Below, piece after piece: positions 52,255 to 61,255 of a stretch of 64,000 bases of DNA. Numbering within the stretch: position 1 is the first letter of the stretch; each line of letters opens with the position of its first letter. The notes under the pieces are model-generated. The model had not been told where the DNA came from. It did no database searches and saw only the letters and a program-made list of their open reading frames with translations. The translations under genes were made by a program, and so were the position numbers. Source of the DNA: Actinomycetota bacterium (GTDB lineage Bacteria > Actinomycetota > Aquicultoria > UBA3085 > Oleimmundimicrobiaceae); NCBI GenBank assembly GCA_030017835.1, contig JASEGU010000001.1, positions 24,341 through 88,340 on the forward strand. Direction: 5' to 3'.

Positions 52255-53567
52255 GTCACCTCTTTCAAAAGGACGATAAGATCTTCGTGACAAAAGCGCC
52301 CAGCTTTTCTGGCAGGGTAAGGGTGCCGGGCGATAAATCGATCTCCCATAGGGCGCTCATGCTTGGAGCTATCGCTGAGGGCAGAACTGAGATCGAGGGC
52401 TTTCTTTCGTCAAATGATTGCTTGAGCACCATGAGCTGCCTTAAAGAGCTTGGGGTGGAGTTCAATAATATCTCAAAAACCGCTCTTGTGATTGAGGGCC
52501 GTGGCCGAAAGTCACTTAAGGAGCCAAAAGACGTGCTTTTTGCCGGAAACTCGGGCACGACCATGCGGATGCTCCCCGGCATCCTAGCCGGACAAAATTT
52601 CTTCTCCGTTTTGACAGGCGACTCCTCCATAAGAGAGAGGCCGATGGGCCGGATAATCTCTCCTCTTAAGGAGATGGGAGCCTCCTTATTTGCGAGAGAT
52701 GACGGCAATAAACCACCGGTTGCTATCATCGGCTCTACCCTATCCGGGATCGACTATGAGATGCCCGTCGCAAGCGCGCAGGTTAAGAGCTGCATCCTTC
52801 TGGCCGGGCTTTTCGCTAAGGGTAAGACCAGAGTTATCGAGAAGGTTCCATCGCGCGACCACAGCGAAAGGATGCTCGCTTTCTTTGACGCGGACATATC
52901 GTCAAATAACGGCATCATTGAGATAAGCGCGGAAAAAGAGCTTTTAGCAGCCAAGGTGGAAATACCGGGCGACATCTCCTCAGCCGCTTTTTTACTGGCC
53001 GCCGCCCTGATGATCGAGGATTCCGACCTTAGGATCGATTCGGTCGGAGTCAATCCGACCAGATGCGGGTTCTTGGAGGCTCTTGCGATGATGGGCGCAA
53101 GCGTCATCCAAGGAGATCAAAAGGTAATCTCAAACGAACCGAGAGCCAATCTTTCGACAGGCTTTGCACCTCTCCAAGCGATCGAGATTGACGCTGAGAT
53201 GATTCCAAGGATAGTCGATGAGCTGCCGATATTTGCCGTTTTGTCAACTCAGGCAAAGGGGACGACCATCGTAAGAGGCGCAGGCGAGCTCAGGGTGAAG
53301 GAGAGCGATCGGATAACCGCGATAACCTCCGAGCTCAAAAGCCTCGGCGCTGACATTAAAGAACTTGCCGATGGGTTTGAAGTCAAGGGCCCGTCTAAAC
53401 TTAAGGGGACAAAGGTCGATTCATATGGCGACCATCGGATGGCCATGGCCCTGACCGTCGCCGGGCTCATAGCAGAAGGAGAGACCGTAATCGACGGAGC
53501 CGCCTCGGTTGACATCTCCTTTCCCGGCTTCATAGAGACGATAAATTCTCTCGTTAAAGGGGAGTGA
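52251..53567 (+). CDS. aroA: EPSP synthase
   Basis: PGDKSISHRA, GNSGTTMR, ASAQVKS, ELRVKESDR, DHRMAM. Confidence 0.97.
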   Translation: MSHLFQKDDKIFVTKAPSFSGRVRVPGDKSISHRALMLGAIAEGRTEIEGFLSSNDCLSTMSCLKELGVEFNNISKTALVIEGRGRKSLKEPKDVLFAGNSGTTMRMLPGILAGQNFFSVLTGDSSIRERPMGRIISPLKEMGASLFARDDGNKPPVAIIGSTLSGIDYEMPVASAQVKSCILLAGLFAKGKTRVIEKVPSRDHSERMLAFFDADISSNNGIIEISAEKELLAAKVEIPGDISSAAFLLAAALMIEDSDLRIDSVGVNPTRCGFLEALAMMGASVIQGDQKVISNEPRANLSTGFAPLQAIEIDAEMIPRIVDELPIFAVLSTQAKGTTIVRGAGELRVKESDRITAITSELKSLGADIKELADGFEVKGPSKLKGTKVDSYGDHRMAMALTVAGLIAEGETVIDGAASVDISFPGFIETINSLVKGE

Positions 53568-53574
53568 TTTCTCC

Positions 53575-54246
53575 ATGATAATCGCAATCGATGGGCCGGC
53601 CGCCTCAGGAAAGAGCACGATAGCCAAGAGAGTAGCCTTAAATCTCGGATTAGATTACCTAGATACCGGAGCCATGTACCGGGCGGTCACCTTCAAAGCC
53701 CTGGATAAGTCGCTAAACACCGAAGACGCCGTATTGATGGGAAGGCTGGCCAGAGATTTAAGCCTTGAGTTCAAGAACAAGACTCAAGGTGACAATATTT
53801 GCATAGAGGTCTTTTTAGACGGTCAGGATATCAGCGAGGAGATACGTTCGCCAAGAGTGACGGCGAGCGTCTCAGCCGTCGCCAAAATACCAGAGGTCAG
53901 AATGGCTATGGTCGAACTCCAGCGGAGACTGGCAGGCGAGAAAGACACGGTGGCCGAAGGGCGGGATGTCGGCACCCAGGTCTTTCCAAAGGCCGAAAAG
54001 AAATTCTTTTTGGTGGCTTCCGCCAGGGAGAGGGCCACAAGAAGGTGTAAAGAGTTCGAAGAGAAGGGCTATCAGGTTGACATCGACTCTTTAGAGAGAG
54101 ATATCGCATCCAGGGATGCGATCGACAGCGCCAGGGAGAATAGTCCTTTAAGGAGGGCCGATGACGCCATCTTGATCGATACCACGAGAAAAAGCATCGA
54201 AGACGTCGTGACTGAGATACTTGAGCACATCGGCCGGAAGGTTTAA
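53575..54246 (+). CDS. cmk: Cytidylate kinase
   Basis: AIDGPAASGKST, DTGAMYR, EGRDVGT.VFP. Confidence 0.96.
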   Translation: MIIAIDGPAASGKSTIAKRVALNLGLDYLDTGAMYRAVTFKALDKSLNTEDAVLMGRLARDLSLEFKNKTQGDNICIEVFLDGQDISEEIRSPRVTASVSAVAKIPEVRMAMVELQRRLAGEKDTVAEGRDVGTQVFPKAEKKFFLVASARERATRRCKEFEEKGYQVDIDSLERDIASRDAIDSARENSPLRRADDAILIDTTRKSIEDVVTEILEHIGRKV

Positions 54247-54250
54247 TTCT

Positions 54251-54874
54251 TTGACCGAGAGAAAGAGTATCATTTACAAAATATTTTTATTCGTTTGCAG
54301 GGTTCTTTTGAGGCTTACGCTAGGACTTGAAGTCTTGGGGAATGAGAATGTGCCATCTCAAGGCCCGGTTATATTCGTTGCCAATCACGTTACCGCCATC
54401 GACCCCTTCGTGGTCGCGGTCGCCCTATCCAAAAGAAAACTGAGCAGCATCGCCAAAGAAGAACTTTTCCGATCGCCAATTTTGGCCGCCTTCTTGACAA
54501 GGATCGGCGTCTTTCCGGTAAGCCGGGGCAAATATGATAGGAAGATCTTAAAGAGGTCGCTCGAAATTCTCTTAGGCGGAGGCGCATTGGCCCTCTTTCC
54601 CGAGGGGACCAGATATAGACTGGGCGAAGGAGAACTCGGTCCCTTGCAAGACGGGGCCGCGTTGATCTCTATAATGAGCGCCGCTCCCATAATACCGCTT
54701 GCCATCACGGGGACCGACAAGGCCATTCTGCAAGGAGCAAAATTCATTTGCCCGGCCAAGGTAAGGGTCAAGATAGGCCGGGTGGTTACAAGAAGCGATG
54801 ACAGGAAGGAATATACCGCAAACATACGAAAAGCCCTCATCCACCTCCTTAATCAGGCTGCCCATGAAGATTGA
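54251..54874 (+). CDS. plsC: 1-acyl-sn-glycerol-3-phosphate acyltransferase
   Basis: NHxxxxD (NHVTAID), AKEELF, FPEGTR; start moved to TTG 54251. Confidence 0.88.
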   Translation: MTERKSIIYKIFLFVCRVLLRLTLGLEVLGNENVPSQGPVIFVANHVTAIDPFVVAVALSKRKLSSIAKEELFRSPILAAFLTRIGVFPVSRGKYDRKILKRSLEILLGGGALALFPEGTRYRLGEGELGPLQDGAALISIMSAAPIIPLAITGTDKAILQGAKFICPAKVRVKIGRVVTRSDDRKEYTANIRKALIHLLNQAAHED

Positions 54875-55715
54875 GATCGCCGCCGAGGCCGGTTACTGCT
54901 ATGGAGTCGAGCGCTCACTAAAACTTGCCAAAAAAGCCCTCGAGGTTTCTAAGCGGCCGATATATACCTATGGCCCAATAATCCACAATCGAAAGGTCGT
55001 GGAATCGCTTAAAGAGAAGGGGATTGAGCAGATAGAATCCTTGGATGGCATCACCTCGGGAACCCTTATCATAAGATCGCATGGCGTCGCTCCTAAAATA
55101 AAAGAGGAGGCCGAGGCAAAAGGATTGACCGTGATGGACGCCACCTGCCCGTTCGTCAAAAAGGCTCAAAAATGTAGCAAAAAGCTGACTAAAGAGGGAT
55201 ATGACCTGGTTATTATCGGTGAAAAGGATCACCCGGAAGTTATCGGAATTCTAGCCCATGCTGAGACAAAAGCCAAGGTCGTTGACGATCCGGGCCAGAT
55301 TAGAAACCTAAAGCTCAAGGATAGGGCGGGGGTTGTGGTTCAGACCACCCAACCTCTCGATCTCGTCAAAAAGATTGTGGGCGAACTCTTGAGCGTCGCA
55401 AGAGAGATAAAGATCTGCAATACCATCTGCGATGCCACCGCAAAGAGGCAAGTTGCAGCCGCCGATCTGGCTCGCCGGGTGGATTTGATGCTGATAGTGG
55501 GTGGCAAGGAGAGCGCAAATACCACCAGGCTCGCCGAGATTTGCATGGCGATAAATCCCAAAAGTTACCATATCGAGATGGCCAACGACCTTAGCCTCTC
55601 CTGGTTTGCCGGCATCGAAACCGTCGGCATCACGGCGGGCGCCTCGGCGCCAAATTGGATTATCGAAGAAGTGGTCGAGGTGCTCTCCGGCCTCGATTCA
55701 ATGTGCAGCCTTTGA
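54864..55715 (+). CDS. ispH: 4-hydroxy-3-methylbut-2-enyl diphosphate reductase
   Basis: GYCYGV, IIHN, DATCPFV, HPEV, TICDAT, ITAGASAP; start at ATG 54864. Confidence 0.95.
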   Translation: MKIEIAAEAGYCYGVERSLKLAKKALEVSKRPIYTYGPIIHNRKVVESLKEKGIEQIESLDGITSGTLIIRSHGVAPKIKEEAEAKGLTVMDATCPFVKKAQKCSKKLTKEGYDLVIIGEKDHPEVIGILAHAETKAKVVDDPGQIRNLKLKDRAGVVVQTTQPLDLVKKIVGELLSVAREIKICNTICDATAKRQVAAADLARRVDLMLIVGGKESANTTRLAEICMAINPKSYHIEMANDLSLSWFAGIETVGITAGASAPNWIIEEVVEVLSGLDSMCSL

Positions 55716-55747
55716 TACGAGACCTAGTTTAATAGATTGAGGCTCCC

Positions 55748-57079
55748 ATGACAGCCAAGATAGTCTCAGTAGCAGAAAGCAGTCCGGCCAAAGCTGCCGG
55801 AATAAGAGAGGGCGATATCCTTCTAGATATCAACGGAGTGGTCCTAAGCGACATCTTGGATTATCAGATCCACTCTGACAGCGTGCTCCCCTCTCTTTTA
55901 GTCGATAGGGATGGGCGCAAACTTCAATTTAAGATCAAAAAGGGACCGGGTGAAAACCTCGGGCTTACCTTCGAGTCATCCGTCTTCGACTCCTTGATGA
56001 CCTGTAACAATCGCTGCGTCTTCTGCTTCATCGACCAGCTTCCCAAAGGGGTCAGAAAGAACCTACTCCTTAAAGACGACGATTTCCGGCACTCCTTTAT
56101 CTACGGCAACTTCATAACCCTGACCAATCTTGCAGGTGCCGATATCGAGCGGGTAATCGCCCAGCGCCTAAGCCCTCTTTACGTCTCCATCCATTCCTTA
56201 AATCCCCTCGTTAGGCAGAATCTCATCAGGCCCAAAGGTGAGGATATGGCCGTAGATTTTTTAAGAAGGCTTAGCGACGCTGGCATCGAACTACACATCC
56301 AGATTGTCCTCTGCCCCGGCATAAACGATGGCAAAGAACTAAGAAATACGGTGGATGGCCTCATCTTTGGCTTTCCCTCCGTCGCTTCGGTGGGGGTGGT
56401 TCCCGTCGGCCTGACCGGTCACAGAAGAGGTCTTTATCCCTTAAGGCCAATCGGCAGAATTGAGGCAGAAGAATTGATCAATGAATATGGGCCCTATCAG
56501 GAAGAATGCTTGAAAGAGATGGGATCGGCCAAGGTATTTTTAGCCGATGAGTTCTATATTATAACTGGCAAAAAGCTTCCAGATATCGATCATTATGAGG
56601 ATTTTCCCCAGCTTGAGAACGGGGTTGGCCTGACAAGACTCTTTTTAGACTCAGCCAGAGACCGCTTAAGTGAGCTTGAGGGCTGGCCAGGGAAGGCTCG
56701 GGCCATGATTTTAACGGGAGAGCTTGCGGCGGGCATCGTAAAGGAGCTTGGCAAGGATCTTAATGGATATGGTATCGATCTTGAGGTTTGGCCAATAAAA
56801 AATAATTTTTTTGGAGGCGGCGTCAGCGTAACCGGCCTCTTGACCGGCTGGGATATAATTAAAGCTTTGAAGGATTCCAAAGAGGCCGGCCCTTTCCTGC
56901 TTCCGGGCATAGTATTAAACGGCGAGGGAAGGCTTTTAGACGATCTGACCATCGATGAAGTGGCCGATAGGGCGAAGAAGAGAATCTTTCTCGTTTCATC
57001 CACCGGCGATGGTTTCATTTCGGATCTTTTAAAACTCTGTGAGGATGGTGAGCTTGGCGATAGTTGCAGTATTGGGTAG
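55748..57079 (+). CDS. PDZ + radical SAM-like DUF512 protein
   Basis: N-terminal PDZ-like SPAKAAGI..GD, CNNRCVFC, KDDD.R.SF..GNF.TLTN, QLENGVG; precedes der. Confidence 0.85.
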   Translation: MTAKIVSVAESSPAKAAGIREGDILLDINGVVLSDILDYQIHSDSVLPSLLVDRDGRKLQFKIKKGPGENLGLTFESSVFDSLMTCNNRCVFCFIDQLPKGVRKNLLLKDDDFRHSFIYGNFITLTNLAGADIERVIAQRLSPLYVSIHSLNPLVRQNLIRPKGEDMAVDFLRRLSDAGIELHIQIVLCPGINDGKELRNTVDGLIFGFPSVASVGVVPVGLTGHRRGLYPLRPIGRIEAEELINEYGPYQEECLKEMGSAKVFLADEFYIITGKKLPDIDHYEDFPQLENGVGLTRLFLDSARDRLSELEGWPGKARAMILTGELAAGIVKELGKDLNGYGIDLEVWPIKNNFFGGGVSVTGLLTGWDIIKALKDSKEAGPFLLPGIVLNGEGRLLDDLTIDEVADRAKKRIFLVSSTGDGFISDLLKLCEDGELGDSCSIG

Positions 57080-58364
57080 GCCAAACGTCGGCAAATCAAC
57101 CCTGGTAAACAGGATGGCCATTAGCAAACGAGCCATCGTAGATGAGGAGATCGGAGTCACCAGGGACAGGAACTATATAGCCACCGATTGGGCCGGGTGC
57201 GAGTTCACACTGGTCGATACGGGGGGGCTCATCTTCGGCGATGATGAGGCCCTGGCCTCATCCGTCAAAGAACAGGCCCTGGTTGCCGCCGATGAGGCCG
57301 ACGCGATAGTCTTTCTGGTCGACTCGAAAGTGGGTCCTTTGGTCGATGATTATGAAATAGCCAAGATACTCAAAAGATCTGGCAAGCCTCTTTTTCTGGT
57401 GGTCAACAAGATAGACGACGTAGAGAAGGCCTACGAAACGGCCGACTTCAATGCCTTGGGACTGGGCGAGCCGTACGCCGCCTCGGCCCTGCACGGTCTT
57501 GGCATCGGCGATATTCTCGATGAACTGGTGAAGGTTCTTCCCGAGGAGGCCCCAGCGGCACCTGGCGAGACCTCTCTGGTAAACATCGCCATAGTTGGCC
57601 GGCCAAACGTCGGCAAATCATCCATCTTCAATCGGTTGATCGGCAGCGAAAGGGTGATAGTAAGCGAGATATCCGGAACGACCAGGGACGCCATCGACAC
57701 CTTGGTCGAAAGGGATGGTAGGGCCTACCGCTTCATAGACACGGCCGGTCTTAGAAAAAAAAGCCGGATAGAGGGGGTCGAGTATTACGGCATGGTCAGG
57801 GCGCTTAGGGCTCTGGGTGGTGCCGATATTGCCCTTTTGGTCATCGATGCGGCCGAAGGCGTAACCGAACAGGATCAGAAGATTGCGGACATGGCGGAGC
57901 GCCGGGGCCTTGGAATAATAGTCGTCCTAAATAAATGGGACCTTGTAGAGCCCGATCAGATGGAAGCCATCTACAAGAATCTCTCCAAACGCCTAAGATT
58001 CATAGAATACTCGCCCGTTGTCAAGGTCTCTGCCCTGAAGAATAAGGGATTTAAAAAGGTCTTTTCTACGATTGATGAGGTGGCGAGTGAGTTCAAAAAG
58101 GAGATATCGACCTCCAAGCTGAATGCACTCGTCCAAAAGGTCAAAGCCAAAGGACATACTGCTCAAAAAGGGGGCAAGAGGCTAAATCTCCTCTATGCGA
58201 CCCAAGTCAGGACGGCTCCGCCGATATTTCTCTTCTTTGTCAACGATGCGAAACTGGTTGATATATACTTTAAAAGGTATCTGGTAGGCATGATGCGTGA
58301 GGCATTCGGTTTTCTGGGCGTGCCCGTGATCATCCGCTTCACCGGCAAGGAGAAGAGGAGTTGA
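57039..58364 (+). CDS. der: Ribosome biogenesis GTPase Der (EngA)
   Basis: Two GRPNVGKS G-domains, DTGG/DTAG, NKID/NKWD, C-terminal KH-like domain. Confidence 0.97.
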   Translation: MRMVSLAIVAVLGRPNVGKSTLVNRMAISKRAIVDEEIGVTRDRNYIATDWAGCEFTLVDTGGLIFGDDEALASSVKEQALVAADEADAIVFLVDSKVGPLVDDYEIAKILKRSGKPLFLVVNKIDDVEKAYETADFNALGLGEPYAASALHGLGIGDILDELVKVLPEEAPAAPGETSLVNIAIVGRPNVGKSSIFNRLIGSERVIVSEISGTTRDAIDTLVERDGRAYRFIDTAGLRKKSRIEGVEYYGMVRALRALGGADIALLVIDAAEGVTEQDQKIADMAERRGLGIIVVLNKWDLVEPDQMEAIYKNLSKRLRFIEYSPVVKVSALKNKGFKKVFSTIDEVASEFKKEISTSKLNALVQKVKAKGHTAQKGGKRLNLLYATQVRTAPPIFLFFVNDAKLVDIYFKRYLVGMMREAFGFLGVPVIIRFTGKEKRS

Positions 58365-58398
58365 AAATGAATTTAAAAAGAGGGGAGAGGCGCCGGTC

Positions 58399-59070
58399 TT
58401 GATATATTTTAAGGCCCTATCTTCGATCATTATAGGCTATCTCTTGGGCTCCATCTCCTTCGCCACCTTGATTGCAAAGGTAATTTTCAAGCGCGATTTG
58501 AGCCAGGAGGGAAGCGGCAACTTGGGAGCGACCAACGCCCTTCGCGTCCTTGGAACGGGACCGGGTCTTCTTGTTCTCTTCGGCGACGTCTTTAAGGGTT
58601 TTTTGGCAATAGCCATAGCCAGCCACCTATTTAGGGGAGCGCCGACCGCCTTTACGGCCATTTTTAATAGAGATACAACAATTCCTTTCTCATCTTTCGA
58701 TTCAGTGGTCATTATTTTCGTCGCCCTTGCTGCCATAATCGGTCACGCCTATCCTCTCTTCTTCAACTTTAAGGGAGGCAAGGGGGTTGCGGTCAGCCTT
58801 GGCGTTTTCTTGGGGGTCATGCCTAAGGTCGGCTTGATCCTCTTTTTTATTTGGCTCATCGTCATGGTCTCAAGCGGCTACGTATCGCTCGGCTCAATAA
58901 TTGCCGCCGCCGCCTTCCCCTTTTTGACCTTGTATTTCCATCAAAGTAATTTGGCTTATCTCATCTTTAGCCTACTCGTATCATTTATGGTAATTTATAG
59001 GCATAAAAGCAACATTGAGCGTCTTTTGAGCGGCAAGGAGAATAGAATTGGCAAAAAAGGTCGCAATTAA
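58399..59070 (+). CDS. plsY: Glycerol-3-phosphate acyltransferase PlsY
   Basis: GYLLGSI, GSGNLGATN..R, GH.YP.F..FKGGKGVA, H.SNI.RL. Confidence 0.94.
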   Translation: MIYFKALSSIIIGYLLGSISFATLIAKVIFKRDLSQEGSGNLGATNALRVLGTGPGLLVLFGDVFKGFLAIAIASHLFRGAPTAFTAIFNRDTTIPFSSFDSVVIIFVALAAIIGHAYPLFFNFKGGKGVAVSLGVFLGVMPKVGLILFFIWLIVMVSSGYVSLGSIIAAAAFPFLTLYFHQSNLAYLIFSLLVSFMVIYRHKSNIERLLSGKENRIGKKGRN

Positions 59071-60106
59071 GCCGGCAGATCTAAATATTGCGGTCATCGG
59101 GGCCGGAAGCTGGGGCACGGCCATAGCTACCCTTCTGGCCGAGAAGGGGTTTGAAGTTGTCCTTTGGGCAAGGGACGCTGTTTTGGTTGAGGATATGAAG
59201 AGGCTCAAAAGAAATCCCCGCTACTTGACCGACCTCGATCTTCCAGAGACTTTGAGTTTCTCATCCGATCTCAAAGAAGCATTGCCTGGTGCGGGTCTTG
59301 TCGTGATGGCGGTGCCTTCCCACGGCATGCGTAAAGCGGCACGCTCAGCCAGAGAGCACCTTACAGGCAAGACAATAGTCAGCTTGGCCAAGGGGATAGA
59401 GGCGGAGACCTATCTTAGGATGAGCGAAGTCATAGCAAGCGAGCTTGGCCCGGGCTCCGAAAAGGATATCGCCGTGATATCTGGGCCCAATCATGCCGAA
59501 GAAGTGAGCCGGCGGGTGCCCAGCGCGACGGTCGCTGCGGCCAATGACAAGGAAGTCGCCAAGCGGGTTCAAGAGATATTTATGACGCCGTATTTTCGTG
59601 TCTACACCAATCCAGATATCATCGGCGTGGAGATGGCGGCGGCCTCCAAGAACGTAATAGCCTTAGCGACTGGCATGTCGGACGGGCTAGGCTACGGCGA
59701 TAATACCAGGGCCGCCCTTATGACCCGCGGCCTTGCCGAGATGACCCGCCTTGGCATAATCAAGGGGGCCGAGGCCTCTACTTTCTCTGGTCTGGCCGGC
59801 CTTGGTGACCTCATCGCCACCTGCACCAGCCTTCACAGCCGCAACCGAGCCACAGGCGAAAAAATAGCCAAAGGCATGACTCTTAGCGAGATAGCTAAGG
59901 AGACCTCAATGGTGGCCGAAGGGGTTACGGCCGCCAAAAACCTTCATGACCTAGCCGTCAAGGCCGGGCTCGACATGCCCATAACCGAAGCGGTCTTTCG
60001 CGTCTTGTACCAAGGGAAAAAGCCCAAGGACTGCGTGGGCGACCTGATGGCCCGGGGAGCCAAAGATGAGGCTGCGGCTCTGGGCCAGAGAATAAAACCT
60101 TGTTAA
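59048..60106 (+). CDS. gpsA: NAD(P)H-dependent glycerol-3-phosphate dehydrogenase
   Basis: GAGSWGTA, KGIE, SGPNHAEE, KNVIA, GLGDLIATC.S..SRN. Confidence 0.96.
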   Translation: MAKKVAIKPADLNIAVIGAGSWGTAIATLLAEKGFEVVLWARDAVLVEDMKRLKRNPRYLTDLDLPETLSFSSDLKEALPGAGLVVMAVPSHGMRKAARSAREHLTGKTIVSLAKGIEAETYLRMSEVIASELGPGSEKDIAVISGPNHAEEVSRRVPSATVAAANDKEVAKRVQEIFMTPYFRVYTNPDIIGVEMAAASKNVIALATGMSDGLGYGDNTRAALMTRGLAEMTRLGIIKGAEASTFSGLAGLGDLIATCTSLHSRNRATGEKIAKGMTLSEIAKETSMVAEGVTAAKNLHDLAVKAGLDMPITEAVFRVLYQGKKPKDCVGDLMARGAKDEAAALGQRIKPC

Positions 60107-60127
60107 GAAGTCCTAAAATGCTATAAT
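60100..60127 (+). promoter_or_regulatory. Putative tRNA promoter (extended -10)
   Basis: TTGTTA...TGCTATAAT about 35 nt upstream of the tRNA. Confidence 0.55.
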
Positions 60128-60161
60128 CTTTTTGCTATTTTTTAAAAAGCTTTTTAAGTGT

Positions 60162-60238
60162 CGGGGCGTGGCGCAGCTTGGTAGCGCACCAGGCTGGGGG
60201 TCTGGTGGTCGCTGGTTCGAATCCAGTCGCCCCGACCA
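60162..60238 (+). tRNA. tRNA-Pro(GGG), CCA encoded
   Basis: Acceptor stem CGGGGCG/CGCCCCG, D arm GCGC, anticodon loop CTGGGGG, T-loop TTCGAAT, ends ACCA. Confidence 0.96.
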
Positions 60239-60453
60239 TTTTTTGTCTTCTGCCGCCACATGATGATTGCAAGTTCAAAGCGATATAAACCTCCAAACGA
60301 GACTCACCTTTCGCTATCGGATGGAATTTGCTATTTGATAGCTGCTTTTATCCCTTTTGTCTTTCTAAAAAATTATCATACTTGCTACTAAGAGAGCCTT
60401 AGATTGGTTATAATGTTATACAGATCAACCAGACTTACTGGCAGGTGGTAGAG

Positions 60454-60678
60454 ATGATAGAACGGATATATATCGATCCCGAGACTTGTGGTGGAAGGCC
60501 CTGCATCAAAGGGACCAGGATTCCCGTCTATGTAATATTAGACCTGCTTGCAGCCAATTTTTCACCAAGTGGTATCGTCAAGGCATATCCCGATTTAACC
60601 GTCGAAGATATTAAGGCCGCCGTTGAATATGCCGCTTTTATCACCAAAGAGAGATCGATTAGACTTAGGGTCGGCTAG
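60454..60678 (+). CDS. DUF433 family antitoxin
   Basis: IDPETCGGRPCIKGTRIPV..IL..L, YP.LT.EDI.AA..YA; ATG after AGGTGG. Confidence 0.9.
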   Translation: MIERIYIDPETCGGRPCIKGTRIPVYVILDLLAANFSPSGIVKAYPDLTVEDIKAAVEYAAFITKERSIRLRVG

Positions 60679-60681
60679 GAG

Positions 60682-61043
60682 ATGGATCTTTTAGTTGATA
60701 TGAACCTCTCCCCCGTAACCGTCAATTACTTGAACAGCATCGGTCACAACGCCGTTCATGCACGCGATTTAGGGCTCAAGAGGGCGAAAGATAAAGAGTT
60801 GCTAAAGGTTGCTGCTAGTCTGGGCAGGGTGGTAATAACCCAAGACCTCGACTTTGGAGAACTTATCTTTTTCTCGGATGAGAGCCCACGGCAGGCGCGA
60901 TAATAATTCGCATAGCAGGCGCTACGCCCAAGAGAGTTAATCTCTATCTTGAAAAAGCCTTGGCCCTCATAAGAATAGAAGAGATTGAAAACAATGTGGC
61001 GATAGTAGAAGAGGATAAGATAAGGATTCACGAGAAAGGATAG
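60682..61043 (+). pseudogene. DUF5615/PIN-like (VapC45-like) toxin, frameshifted near 60888
   Basis: LLVDMNLS, D..LL..A....RVVITQDLDFG; the C-terminal half (TAGAIIIR...IVEEDKIRI) continues in the -1 frame to TAG 61043. Confidence 0.75.
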
Positions 61044-61051
61044 TTTTAAGT

Positions 61052-61080
61052 ATAGCAACCAGTTGCCAGGGCTATTTTTT
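61052..61080 (+). terminator. Possible terminator of the TA pair
   Basis: ATAGC...GCTAT stem followed by a T-tract. Confidence 0.35.
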
Positions 61081-61255
61081 AAATCATCAATCCTTCAGGC
61101 TTTTCTGCCAATTACCTCAGCTTCGCGTTAGCGGTGCTGACCCACACGTCCGATTGACTTACACTTACGGGTTTACTAATAACTGGTTTTGCCTTATAAT
61201 AAAAATATTATTATAACGTGACCTTATTTAAACTTAATCAAAATTTGCGGGCGCA

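Noticed and set aside
61044..61140. Integron attC-like end (CTCAGCTTCGCGTTAGC) after the TA pair
   Set aside because: No complementary RYYYAAC/L box is present upstream, there is no second site and no integrase.
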